DNA of 64,000 nt from Klebsormidium nitens (GCA_000708835.1 DF236955.1:310001-374000), one strand, 5' to 3'; numbered from the stretch's first letter, positions 36,129-48,246 are shown. Notes: a model not told the origin generated them from the letters alone. Translations and numbers: made by a program.

Positions 36129-39100
36129 ATACGGAAGGTTTTCAGGAGACCATCGCTTTGTGCCCTGAGAAAGATCCTCGGAACTTGAGTTGGCTGGCCG
36201 TAACAGACGGTGTTGCCACCTTCAAGAAGGGTAGGTAACTTCCCCTGATGGCACAAAGATTGTGGGTTTGAATAGTCGGGCAGATTAGAAGGCAACATGC
36301 CGCCTCTTCGATGTTATTTGCATGTGGTGTTTGTTTTTGGCATGGCCTTAGATGTGAAAGGTGCTGATCACGCTCAAAATTCGGTGAAATGCTTTGAACC
36401 GATGAATCTCCTTTCATTCTCAGACGTTGCGAAACGCATTTATTAAACAACTCGAGCTGAGATGTAACGTGTACTTTATTTATTTGCTGCAGGTAACAAG
36501 ACGTATTGGCCGCTCTATGCAGCAAACTTGAATCTTCGGCCCGAGGACTGGTTCAGAAAGTCAAACTGCGTGTTGCTCGCACTTATTCCCAACGGAAAGC
36601 CAGCGAATCTGCAGACGTACCTCGAGCCGCTTGTTTCTGAGCTCAAAGACTATGGTCCAGGAACCCAAGGTGAGAATTATTTGGAAGTTGTCAGAGTTCC
36701 TCAGGGCAACAGCAATTGTTGTGAACTTGACTTGAAGGCATGGCACCTACTAGGCACTATCCATGTTCATACTTTGTGGTACTGCCTTGCACTTTATGCA
36801 TCAGTGAGGCTACACTCGAGCTTCTGACACAATAAATTGAGGAGAGGCCCGAATTCAAAACTTCAATCAGACGGCCGCGACTTTCTTTGATCTAAGAAAG
36901 CTTCTTTCGAAAAATTTAAATATGAAAAATTTCTTCACCTAAGCGGTTTCCTTTCAACGACTTGGCAAAAGTAACAAAAGAAGCAATTCAGATTCGAAGC
37001 TTGCAACGTGCATGTTACGATGTACGACATCATCGAGTATTCTCTGCAGGCCTTGTCGTCCCAGACCCGTCCCAGAACGACGAGCCCTTGCACCTCCATC
37101 TGCTTCTCCAAGGGCACATGTCCGACTACCAGGGACTGCCCCTGTTCACCCAACAGCTCGCTACGGGGGCGCTGCAAGGCTGCTTGTGCTGCACAGCTCC
37201 GGGGGAGCACTCATCGATTCTCGACAAGGTCGTCTACAACAACGATGTCCGGCGAAGCCTCCCCCCCGATCATCCTTTCCGGACGGACCCTTCGTTCGGG
37301 GAGCCGGAGCTGAGAGAACCCCATGCGAAGCGGACGCACAACGAGCTCCTCCAACTGGCACAAGTAGTTGAGCAGACCCCGGAGGGACAAGCAAAGCAAT
37401 TGCTGATAAAAGCGAGCGGGGTCAAGGGGGTTTGTGCATTGCAAGAGCTTAGGTACTACGACATGGTTCGGAGGATGGTCATAGACGGAATGCACGCGCT
37501 CGGAAACACGTCAAAACGGATGGCGGCCAACATCCAAGGGGAGCACGACACCAAGAAAAGCCGTTTGCAGATGCAGGCAACGGCCTTTCAGAACCGGACG
37601 GATTGGATTCAGAAAAGGCTACTTGAACCGGGGGAGAAACGGCCGGGCAAACGGAGGAAGGGGGCGGAAGAGGCAGAGGAGCCCCAAGAGATCGAAGTTT
37701 TCCCCCGGGCGGGATGGGTGATGACGGGCGAGGAGAAAGTCGTTTTCTCCGAGCGGATGGAGATCAAGGTGCCGTCCAACTGCGGCGACAGGCCAAGTGT
37801 GCTGTTCCGACCAGGTGAGGATTTTCGGAATCAAGGAAACGACGTCTTGCTCTTCTTGCTTAGGCAAAACGTTGCTGACAACTTGACGCCAACCTTGGGA
37901 GCGCGAGTTGCCAACAACAGGCTAGATGAAGTCTGCTAGTGACAGCGGGAACGTAGCACCCATGTCGGAAGTCTCTAGACCTTGTAACGTTGTGACCCTG
38001 AGATCGCTGAAGTTGTCCGTTCACCGGACGTTGATCGGACTCNNNNNNNNNNNNNNNNNNNNNNNNNNNNNNNNNNNNNNNNNNNNNNNNNNNNNNNNNN
38101 NNNNNNNNNNNNNNNNNNNNNNNNNNNNNNNNNNNNNNNNNNNNNNNNNNNNNNNNNNNNNNNNNNNNNNNNNNNNNNNNNNNNNNNNNNNNNNNNNNNN
38201 NNNNNNNNNNNNNNNNNNNNNNNNNNNNNNNNNNNNNNNNNNNNNNNNNNNNNNNNNNNNNNNNNNNNNNNNNNNNNNNNNNNNNNNNNNNNNNNNNNNN
38301 NNNNNNNNNNNNNNNNNNNNNNNNNNNNNNNNNNNNNNNNNNNNNNNNNNNNNNNNNNNNNNNNNNNNNNNNNNNNNNNNNNNNNNNNNNNNNNNNNNNN
38401 NNNNNNNNNNNNNNNNNNNNNNNNNNNNNNNNNNNNNNNNNNNNNNNNNNNNNNNNNNNNNNNNNNNCTGGCACCCCCCTGGCAGGGAGCTGGTCGTGCG
38501 CGGCGTCCGGCGCCACTGGCACAGGTGAAAGTTTAAGCCGCCGCGCACGGCCAGCTCCCTGTGGGGGGGGGGGCGAGCAGGGCTTCCGACACCCCCCTGG
38601 CAGGGAGCTGGTCGTGCGCGGCGGCTGGCGCCACACAGGTAGAAGTTTAAGCTGCCGCGAGCGCAGGACCAGCTCTGGCGGGGAGGGTGTCAAGCAGGGC
38701 TGCCGACACCCTCCTGGCAGGGAGCTGGTCGTGCGCGGCGTCGGACACGCCCGCAGTTGGACTGAAGTGACTGGAGAGCTTTTCTGAACGAGCACTTTGG
38801 AAGCACCGGAGCACCGACTGTATTTAAGTTGCTCTAGATGCATCATATCTTTGTAGCAATCCCGATCAGTGGCGGCACCGCACACGTTTCTAGGAACGCA
38901 TAAAACATTCTTTGTTACACATGCAGGTACGTTGAAGAAAACGCATACGTGGATCTTCTTCGGCACAGTCCTGTTTCCATACGCTGTCCGAAACTTGCTC
39001 GAAGAGGAGCCGCGGCTCACGCTCATCCGGCTTTCGAGCGTCATGCTCAAGTTGACCACCCAGGACGTCCGCAAAGAGACTGAAGCAGCGCTGTTGCTGG

Positions 39101-42100
39101 AGACAATAGAAGCGCTTTGCCTTTTCCACCGAGATCTGCCGGAGAGCGAGCAAGTGATCACGGTGCACATCTTGCAGCATCTCTGCGAGCAGCGAACCGA
39201 AGGGGCAGGCCCAATGTCTGCCCTAGACATGTTTGCTCCCGAGCGCTGGCACAATTGGCTAACCGGACTTAGGTTCAGCAGCAAGGCCCCAGAAGCCAGC
39301 ATAGCTCAGCGATATAGCATTGAGCAAACGCTTGCTCTTGCGGAGTCGGTTTTAGCGAACTTGAAACTAGATCCCGCCACGAGCGTGCCTGACGACAGCC
39401 TCAAAAAGCAGAGCTATAGGCTTCATGGCCAGCCTCGAATCGTTGCGGTTCGCAACGAGGAGCTGACTGCTATTGACAAGCTCAATCAGCTTGAATCTGC
39501 AGAGTATGCCGCGCTGCAGATGGAATTCAGCGCAGCAAGTCAGGCCTTCAAAAGCGCTCGCCAGTCTTTTAGGAAGCATCACACGGTAGCAGCTTCTCCC
39601 GAGTACCCCAATCACCTACAGAGCTTTCCGGATAACCTTCTAGACTGGTTAACGGAGAAGAAGGGCAACGACGACATCAGCCCCGAGCTGCTGAGCCTAG
39701 TAAAAGGCCCTTCTGCTTTTGCAGAAAAGTTTGAGCACCTGAGTTTCCCTAGCTGCCATTTTAGATCCAAAAGACTGGACGAGCTGTCCAAGGCAACGCA
39801 AGACAGCGGCATAAAAGCTCGTCTTTCTATTCGCCGTCTGCAAGACGGCTCGCTTCAGCGGCTTCAGTACTTTGGCCACATGCTGTACGTTCTGAGAGTG
39901 CGGGTTGGCGACACATTCCGTGACTACATGCGCGCAGCCTGGTACCGCAAGCCGCAGCAGGACGAGCTCCATGGCCTCTGGACCGTCAAGAAAGATGGGC
40001 TGATTGGTGACAAGTGGCGCCCTTTTGTGCGGATGCAGGACGTAGAGGGTCAGGTGTTCTACGGGGACGACCCCCTCGAGCGCTCCGTCCGGATCGTTCT
40101 TGAGAAACAGCCCCGAGCAGGTCGGAGTTTCTGCACTGAAGCAGGTGATGAGGGCGACCTGGCAGCCGCCGCCGCGGAAGCTGGCGGCACTTCCTCTTGT
40201 CTCGAGCGAAGAGAAGTCGAAGAAGGGCGGGGAAAATGTACGGACGATGCGGGAAGTGGAAGCGTAGCAGAGCCCGGGGGGGAGGATGAGGGGAAGAGGG
40301 AAAGCAAGAGAAGGGACATGTCTCTAGGTGAAGACAACCCACAGCAACAGGCGGAGATGCAAGAACGGTCTGAAGAGAGCATAGAAAAGGAAGAGGGGCC
40401 AGAGGCAAGCGCATCTGGGTTCGGAAGTGGGGACGCGCCACCTACTCGAGAAGAGATGGGCACGGGGTCAGAGAGCGACGGGGAAAGAGCGGGGCCTCTT
40501 GCAATTCCGGTCCATCTGCTGCAAGCTTTGCACCTCGAGAAGCCTTGCAAGTCAACCCTCCCTTTTGGCTTAACCGAGTGTCTAAACTGGATCAACGATG
40601 AAGAGGCGGACGGAAACAAGCTGTTGGCTCAGCGTCGAGCTGGCGGCAGTCGGAGTGGGGCCAGCCTGGACGTGCGGAGAGAGGACCTGAAGCGGTTTGC
40701 CGGCAACAACCTCCTCAACGATGTGGTGAGAATTTTCTCATGGGACTGAGGTCAACACGGTCGATAACATCAGGCTTTTACCAAATACTCGTGCTTCTTC
40801 CAATCTCATAATTGTAGGAAAACTAGTGACGTCAGTGACGTCACCTCTGCGGGCTGCCCTTCGATTCGGAGCTTTTGCAAGCTGGCAGTAGGCTACTCTT
40901 TACCGAAGTCTTTTCCAAGTTCCAGGTTTTGTTCCAGTTGCGCGTGTCCAATCAGAGCCTCCAAACTCGCCTCCAAAAAGGAGGTCAGTGCGGTTCCTAG
41001 TAGGCCCTATGCGTCCGGCGTTGTTTATGAAACCCTCTTTCGTTTAAGGAAATGGCTGATTGCTCCGGCTTCGCGGCCGCACACGCGCTCGTGGCGGCCC
41101 CGTGAACTTGAGGCCAACGTTTAAACACATTTGCTTTATTTATGACTTTCTGGCCTTTCTGACTGAGCCTGCCGCCGTGCATTGCCTAAGCAATCGTTTC
41201 TAAGCACCCGTTCAAAAAAGTGTTGCAGGTTACGAATCACAAAGGCGTTCTCACACCGCGTACATCTTTGCCATCAGATAACACTGCATCACTGCTTCTG
41301 CTTTTGAACTTCTCAGAACGTTTCTGCAGTTGGTCGATGCGAAGCAATCAGGTCTACTGTCAAGCTGAAGGAGCAAGCAGTGCACAGTTGGATCGGCTGT
41401 CGTATGAGAGACTCGTTAAGTGTCCCGCTTTTGTGGTTGGGCCGGTACCCAATGAACGGCAAAGCCTTCCGTGACGCGTTCTTTTATTGAAACCTAAAAA
41501 CAACTTACAATTCACAGGACATGGATGCCATGACGGGCCTAATCGCCGCAGAAGCGGAGCGCCAAGGCCTCGACGCGTGCTTCTTTTCGAGCCTGTTCTA
41601 CGTCAAGCTTTCGGCAGAAGGGGTCAGCCGGTCCTTGCTGCGGTGGATCTCGAGGCAGGCCCTCCAGCCGCGCGCGCGCAACGGTTTCTTTGTGGTCAAT
41701 GTTAACCAGAACCACTGGATCGCGTTTCATGCACTACCAACCGCTCAAAGGCCGGCGCTCATGGTTTACGACTCTTCGAAGAGTCCCGCGGGACCTGACC
41801 CGGTAATCATTCAGGTAATTTTCATCCGGCAATTGATATGAAACCTGCCAGCAAGAATTGTTTCGTTGTTTACCGCTTGAGTCTGACTTGCTTGTTGCCT
41901 CGTGTGTAAGAGTCGAGGAGACGCTCGACGCTTTTTCCGTTCTGGACTTAGCTACGCCTGCCGTGATTCGAAACCAAGACTGCTTTCGTTGGCAAGCTCT
42001 GACCTTTTGACAAGAAGCAAGGGGACATAGAACACGTTCGATTTCCCTGGGTTGATTGGCAGCCCCGCTGTTCCTCGTTGGTTTCTTTTGAAGAGGACGG

Positions 42101-42981
42101 AAATTGAAAACTCTCCGGCGAACGTGCGCCCATTCACGTCCCATGGCGGGAGTCGAAGCAAAAGGGAAAGCGAGACACTTTCGAAAGTATTCTGGTGCTA
42201 CTTTTGCTCGGAACAGGACGAAAGCAACAAAGAGAATCTTTACTTTGCAGAACATCAAGCAACTTCACGAGGCGGTTCTGCAAGTGGATCCGGGCGACTG
42301 GGAAGTGACGGTTAAGGACTGCTCGCAACAGGTGCGTTAGGTGCTCCCATATTGCCTTGCGATCGACCTGGCCAGCACCACATCTGAACACGCTGATGGA
42401 TCCAAACCTAACGTCATGTCTAAAGTGCTTGCGTGATCAGAGCGCGGTAGGCACGACGCGCATTGGAAGCCGATCCCAGGAAGCTTTGCGGGTTTACTTT
42501 GCTTCTTATCGCTTCATCTACGTGGACAATAACCCGCCGTTCGGAACGGTCGTATGGCGCGCAAAGTACCTTATGCCTTGATTAGCCGGTCAAGGTGTCA
42601 ATTCTGCATGGGTGCCAGATGTCCAGGATTGACCGAGGCGACTCGTTTACTTTGTCAGGACCGGAAGTCTGCTGTTACTGGGCCTACTGAGCAAGTCGAA
42701 ATCGAGGTCCTGCCTCAAATCACCGAGATAATCATCACGAACCCTCTCGTGTGTGATCGACCGCTGTATTAATTTTGACACACTTTGAAGGCTTGCTGAT
42801 CAGATGAGCTCTCTCTGCCGTGCAGGGCGCAGACAGCATGGATTGCGGCATCTACTGCCTGCACTTTATGAGGTGCCTCGCTTTGGGGCAGCAAGACATG
42901 ATGCGGTTGTCGAGAAGGAAGGTTCATTTCTTGAGGAAAGTCATGCCTTTGGAGATTGTGCGGGGCCAGCTTTACATGTAA
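36129..42981 (+). CDS. CACTA transposase (Transposase_21 + DUF4218-like) fused to a Ulp1/C48 protease; exons 36129-36230, 36493-36669, 37050-37814, 38927-40725, 41518-41814, 42251-42331, 42826-42981 (~1,125 aa, N-terminus missing)
   Basis: Transposase motifs DPRNLSWLAVTDG, YWPLYAANLNLRP, YLEPLVSEL, SDYQG...GCLCC, RRSLPPDHPFR, IDGMHALGN, LKKTHTW, HILQHL...DMFAPERW. Protease motifs LLNDV|DMD, FFSSLFY, NHW, VYDS, QQ|GADSMDCGIYCLHFM. All joins are phase-consistent. Confidence 0.72.
38043..38467. other. Assembly gap (425 N) inside the transposase intron
   Basis: Run of N, immediately followed by tandem repeat units. Confidence 0.99.
38468..38745. repeat. Tandem array of ~118-bp GC-rich hairpin units (at least 2.3 visible) in transposase intron 37815-38926
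   Basis: ACCC(C/T)CCTGGCAGGGAGCTGGTCGTGCGCGGCG starts at 38473, 38591 and 38708. Each complete unit contains its own inverted copy. Confidence 0.85.
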
Positions 42982-43539
42982 CGGCAGAAACTTTGGGGCA
43001 ATAATGATTGGCCTGATTGGTTTGTCACTTCTCCTAGCCTTGTTTACAAACGACGGCGTTTCTAAGGGCCCGACCAATTGCTAGGGCGCTTACCAGAACG
43101 CTTAGATCCTTGAGAGCAGAGTGAAGGGCTTGAGATTATTTGGCATGCTGTTTGACGGAAGTTAAGGTCAAGGAAGTGTATTCAAAACACGTTCGCATTC
43201 AAGTCCGGTCCCTTACAAGAGGCTCGTCAAGTGGGCCGTTGTGACCGTTGGTGGGTGTTGCGGCTTATAGTCATTTTCTGTTCACATGATTCTGTTCAAC
43301 ATGCCAGAACGCTAGAATGCCGTGGAGTCCAAACTGATCCGCGCGCTGCACGACAAACATATGATAACTATTATGTACAATTGGTCCTTTAGCAAAGAGC
43401 GCCGCCTCTTGTTGCTTTGAGATCATCGCACTTTTGACCGCGTGGGCTGCAGTGCGCTATCTATGCCTTGATGCAATCGTCTACAAATGATCTCTTGGAC
43501 TAGAGCTCCAGCAGCATGTGCTTGCGCCCCATCTTAGCT

Positions 43540-43826
43540 AGGCTAAAGCCGTTCTAGTATGTTCAGCCTACAACGTTCAAACGTTCTAACAAAGTGCGTC
43601 CGTGTTTTAGTATCCTTCTAGTCCGTTCTAGTAATGTTTGAGTATGTTCTAGAAAGGTTCTAGTCTGTTCTAGGTACGGCAAAGATGTCGATACCGGTTC
43701 TAGGCCGTTCTCAACTAGAACCTTACTAGCACGCAGCGTTCTAGTCAGAAGCGTCCTAGAACACCCCTGTTCTAGTGCGGTACCTGACTAGAACGGCTTA
43801 CTAGAACAGCCCCCCTGTTTATAGTG
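43540..43826. repeat. CACTA subterminal repeats and terminal inverted repeat
   Basis: Roughly ten or more copies of (C)GTTCTAG(T) or (A)CTAGAAC in both orientations, ending in ...CTGTTTATAGTG. Confidence 0.85.
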
Positions 43827-43913
43827 ACCAGTGGTTAAACCGAGGGAGGCAAAAAGACTCTGCTCACCTACGGAAAAGAGGCCCACTAACCGGCCCTGTT
43901 TTCTTATCCCTAG

Positions 43914-46900
43914 GGCACGGAAGTCCTTTTCGACGAGAGCATCGAGTACGACCTGACCAAGCTGGACGGCGGGGCTCCCGCGCCCGGCGTTTCCCCCATC
44001 AACCCGGATAACCTCCCCCGCGACCCCAAGCAGGGCTGCAAGCCCGTGTTCCCCAACGAGCTGGTCCGAGTTAACACTATCTTCGAGGTGAGGTCCAAGT
44101 CCGTGCTTTCCTTGGATGAAGTGTGAATCATAATTCGTGTCTATCAAGAGAGCCACGCTTGCTGCGTTTGCGTGGCGAAGAGTCTGCGGCGCAATTTGAC
44201 TTTCAAGCGCGGGCGGAATGTGCAGGGACTGCGTTTCAACTCTTGTGGTGCTCGTAGCAAGCTCCAGCAGAATCGATGGGCTGGAACGGGACTCCAGTAT
44301 GTACACAAGTACTCTAAATAGGGTTCGAAAGCTAAGCTACTGGTTCCTAAGCTTCCGGTTTCCGGCTATGCTGTGTGACACGATCCCGCACTTTTCACAT
44401 AGGCAGTGCCGCCACAGCACCTCTTGACACCGACTCCATGCTCCCTGATTTCCACGTCCTCGAGTCCTACTCCAGAGCAGCTCTACGAAGCAGCCAGTCG
44501 ATTCAGTCGTTCCAAGGGTTCTGGGTTCAAAACACAAACATCCCTGGGAATCCGCTCTTACAGGTCGCTGCTCAGTCCGGGCTCTACACCGCTTTTGCGG
44601 ACAAGCACATCGGCGCGTACACCATCGCCAAGGGCCCGTCGGGCACCGGGGTGTCCGACTACGCGTCTCTCGAGGTCGCCACCACAGAGCCCCAGTACAC
44701 CGACGCCAACGGCTTGGCCGACGGCCTGGTGGGCGACAACGGGGTGCCCATCTACGACTCCCTCAAGGTAACGGTGGTTGGCTGTGAAACGTCTCACAAG
44801 ACCCAAATATTGACCGTTCCTCCCAGTTCAGGAACTTGCCCCGTATTGATCGTGTGTGACTGTTTCGACCTCGCAGAACATTGGAAGGCACGACGGGAGG
44901 ATTTGCACCTTCAGAAGCTCAGTTTCCAACTGTGCGGGTCTCCAACCTCGTTATCAATACGAGACGCGGCAGCAAAATGGACTGAAATGTCTGGAACAGG
45001 ATGATGATCACGTTGAGGGATCCGAAGCATCAGAGTCCCTGTCAAAAACCTATAGATTGACAGGACTTGTAAGCGTGTTTTGTCGTAGCGAATTATTACC
45101 AGTCGCTGACTCTCAGTACATTCGCTGCCTCAGGTCGCTCAGGCAATCAACTGGATTGACGGCTTCGACCATACCCGCACCCAGTTCAACGGCAAGGCCC
45201 CCGCTATCATGTACTACAACTACCAGGTAACGAGCGGACTTCACCGTGAAAGCAGCGTTTTTCAACAGTCACGAAAACATGGACAGGAGCGGTTCCGTCC
45301 CAAATGGATCATGAGGTGTTCGAAGGTTTTCCTTACGCTTGTCCCTGCACAATTTCCTTCGCGATTCTCGGCACATGTCGACAATTGCCAGCTGGTCTAG
45401 TCTTCCAGTGCTATGGGCTCGGTGAGCTGTAAACCATTCTTTCTGGAGTCCAACCTTCTCTGGACACAAGTGCCTCTTGTCACACGAAAATGCTTGATCA
45501 AGAGCATGTCGAAACGTAAATTTGTAATCTCAACACAGAGCCCTCGGCTCCCCAGCCTGATGTTTTTTCTGAGAGCTCCATAAGCATTGGTTCTTTGTGC
45601 TTTGACGCACGAGAGCGTGGCAGAGTATCCCGGACCCTCGCCACTGTTTCCAAGCGATTCAAAGTTTCAAGAGATGCTCAGTTGCCAAAGAGAGATAAAC
45701 CAGCAATAACGAGGAATGTTGGCCGTCAACTCAGGTGGTGAGCGTCAACCAGAAGCTGGCGGGTCAGGGCTACGTCAACAACCTTCCCCCTCCTGCGGGC
45801 CCAGTTCCGACCGAGTATGTCCGGCAGGCCATCGCGTATGCGGATAGCTCCATCGGCCAGCTCATTGCCGAGCTCGAGAAGAACCAGATCCTGGGACAGA
45901 CCGTGAGGGCCGCACAACCGGACTCATTCTAAGAAATCAGCCAATGCTCTTACTTCTTTCGAACGGACCGTGAACTTGCTACCTGCCCAGACCGACGGTG
46001 TTACTTCCACTCACGTTTCTAATCATCTCAAACGGTCGTCATAAGTAATTCCGCCACAAGTGCTTTTGCTGACACGGCTGGAGTGTTTGTGCTCTGCCGC
46101 ATTGCCGCGGGTGACGAAAGTTTCTGTCATCTGACGAAGCAACCACAATATGTTGGGACCAAAGACTTCCTGGCAGCCCACTCGGCTTGCGGGCTCTGTG
46201 AATTCGCGCAACCGTCGAAGCCGCGCTTCACGTGACCAAATCCGGCCGTCCATTTGAGAAGGTTGACAAATGGACGGCGCGGAGCTCAGTGCATGGCTCC
46301 AAGCAGGGGCTTTCTAGCCTCTCCTCTCACACCTTGCTGACGCTGTCTCTTCTCCCCCCAGGTGCTGATCGTGACGGCCAAGCACGGGCAGTCGCCCATC
46401 GACCCGAGCCTGCTGAAGAAGCTGAAGCCCAGCGTGGTGACGGACGCCATTGCCGGTTTCTTGAACGACACCAGCGAGCCGGCACAGCTGAGCGGCGACG
46501 ACTCGCTCCTCATCTGGCTCCACAACACCGCCAAGGGCCCCGCGCTCCGGGACTACCTGAACGCCAACAAGGTAGGCTCCGGCAGTGTCAACAGCGTTTG
46601 TGTTCTGGTGTGATCTTCTTGCTTTCCAATGTGGTTGGTTTATCAGAGTGAATCGACCTTTCTTCTGAAACGAATCGATGAACAGAGCCGGTGCTTTTCA
46701 AGGGGTTTTTGCTCGGAGACTCTCGGGCTTTGGGAAGTCGAAGCTGGATGTAGAGGGAAGGCTGCATTTTTCGAGCCGAAGGGTCGAGGACGTAAGTGAG
46801 GGCAGCGGGGCAAAGCCGACATTGTTGCTTGTTTCAGAGGGCGTTCTTGAGGGCGACAAAGCAAGGATTTCAAAAACCTCCACCGTCAAATGACCTGCAT

Positions 46901-48246
46901 TTCTTGGCGCTCAAGGAGCGCCTGCCAGGCTAAATCTCCTGAAGCAATTCGATCCCCGCTCCTTTGGGCGCGTATGGCCATCGCCCAAGCCCGTTGACTC
47001 CTTCGACTCTCCCAGTTTGCCGAAAAAACAAACGACCTCGTCGGCACTAACCTGCACATAAGTCAAAGAAGGCAGACCTGCCTTTGACCGAGGTTCGTCG
47101 GGCGTTGTCTTTGGAGGCTTGACCCAGAGGAAACGAGGACCTTCTGCCCCCGGGGAATGAGGTCGATGTGGAGCTTCTTTGAGTCGCTTCGCTTGCGCTA
47201 GCCTGACTCCCTCCCGCGGCTGCCCGCCCCGTGTGCAGGCCAAGTTCCTGATCGACCAGTGGTACCACTACAGTGACCTGGGCCTGGCTCTCAACGACTA
47301 CGTGCCGGACATCCAGTGCAAGTCCGTCAAGGGCACCATCTACACCGGCGGCTCCAAGATCGAGGAGCACGGCGGCTACGCGTGAGCAGAAGCATCACCA
47401 ATCAGCTTTGGTGGATTGCAGACATGTTGCCTCAGCAACCGAATTTGTTCCTCTTGAAGCCGACTCGGCAACTTTCAGGGTGCTTATCTTCCACCGTTCC
47501 GCTCTTCCTCGTTTTGTTTTTGGTCCTCAATGCGCTCAACGCGTCCTTGCAGTGATGACGACACGCACGTGCCCATCTTCGTGGCCAACAAGTACCTCAC
47601 CGCCAACACCGACTTTTCTCTGATCGCCACGAAGCAGGTGAGAAGAGGGAAAGAGGCGCAGAATGGAGCCCGCTTCTGTACCTCAAGGAGGAGTCCTTGA
47701 ACCCGCTTCTGCACCTTGGGGAGTTGTCGGTTCGACGGCTATGTCTATTCTTTCTGTCGGATTCCGTGCCTTTGGTTATAGCAAACGCGTTGTGCGGGCT
47801 GCAGTCCGTGTCTTTCAAGCGGCTCCTTATGGAAGCGCAATGAACGTTGACAATACACACGTTGGATTAAGTGGTTGATTGAAGTGCCTGCCACAATTCG
47901 ATGAGAATTCACAATCTCTGGTGGGCGAACTCTAATTCCTTGTGTCAATCGCGTTCTGGAAACTTAATCGTGAACTGATGAAAGCTTGCCAGCTGGCTCT
48001 GCCGGATTATTGTGGGCTGACACCCACAGCCAGTGTCAAGTTGGAACTGCTTCAATAAGGGCACCTGTCCAGCCGTTCCTCGGCGCAGCTGTTAGGAGAC
48101 GGAGCAATCGCTAAGACCCGTTTGTTTGTTTGTTTCTATTGCAGATTGCGCCGACTACGTTGACCCTGCTGGGTCTCGACTACACCAAGCTGCAGGCCGT
48201 GGGCATCGAGGGCACTCAACTGCTGCCCAACACCGAGCTGTACTAG
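43914..48246 (+). pseudogene. 5'-truncated type I phosphodiesterase/nucleotide pyrophosphatase (alkaline phosphatase superfamily), bacterial/fungal subtype; 8 exons
   Basis: Spliced GTEVLFDESI...VRVNTIFE|VAAQSGLYTAFADKH...GPSGTG...YDSLK|VAQAINWIDG...NYQ|VVSVNQKL...ADSSIGQLIAEL...|VLIVTAKHGQSPIDP...EHGGYA|DDDTHVP...KQ|IAPTTLTLLGL. No start codon or N-terminal exon was found. The remaining exons are open. Confidence 0.75.

Larger units (their letters stand above)
35900..43826 (+). mobile_element. CACTA (En/Spm) DNA transposon; right terminus present, left terminus not found
   Basis: Transposase_21-type motifs are present. The right end reads CACTATAAACAG on the minus strand, ending at 43826, preceded by dense subterminal GTTCTAG/CTAGAAC repeats. 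The left boundary is approximate. Confidence 0.85.

Noticed and set aside
38468-38745. CRISPR-like repeat-spacer appearance
   Set aside because: The 'spacers' are homologous to each other and contain the inverted copy of the repeat. The context is a eukaryotic intron with no cas genes.
38751-38830. Apparent frameshifted LKSHDW-like motif (GLK*...DWRAF) after a possible acceptor at 38750
   Set aside because: The true motif (LKKTHTW) follows the acceptor at 38926 in the correct phase, so this stretch is intronic and not evidence of pseudogenisation.
42357-42581. Short ORF with YVDNNPPFG, resembling an adenine methyltransferase motif IV
   Set aside because: Only 74 aa, inside an intron, with no convincing SAM-binding motif I in frame; most likely chance.
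9369-45110. Isolated TGATGA / CTGA box-like words (e.g. 9369, 45001) as C/D snoRNAs
   Set aside because: No terminal stems or recognisable rRNA-complementary guides, and CTGA(C) is also the common branch-site motif here.
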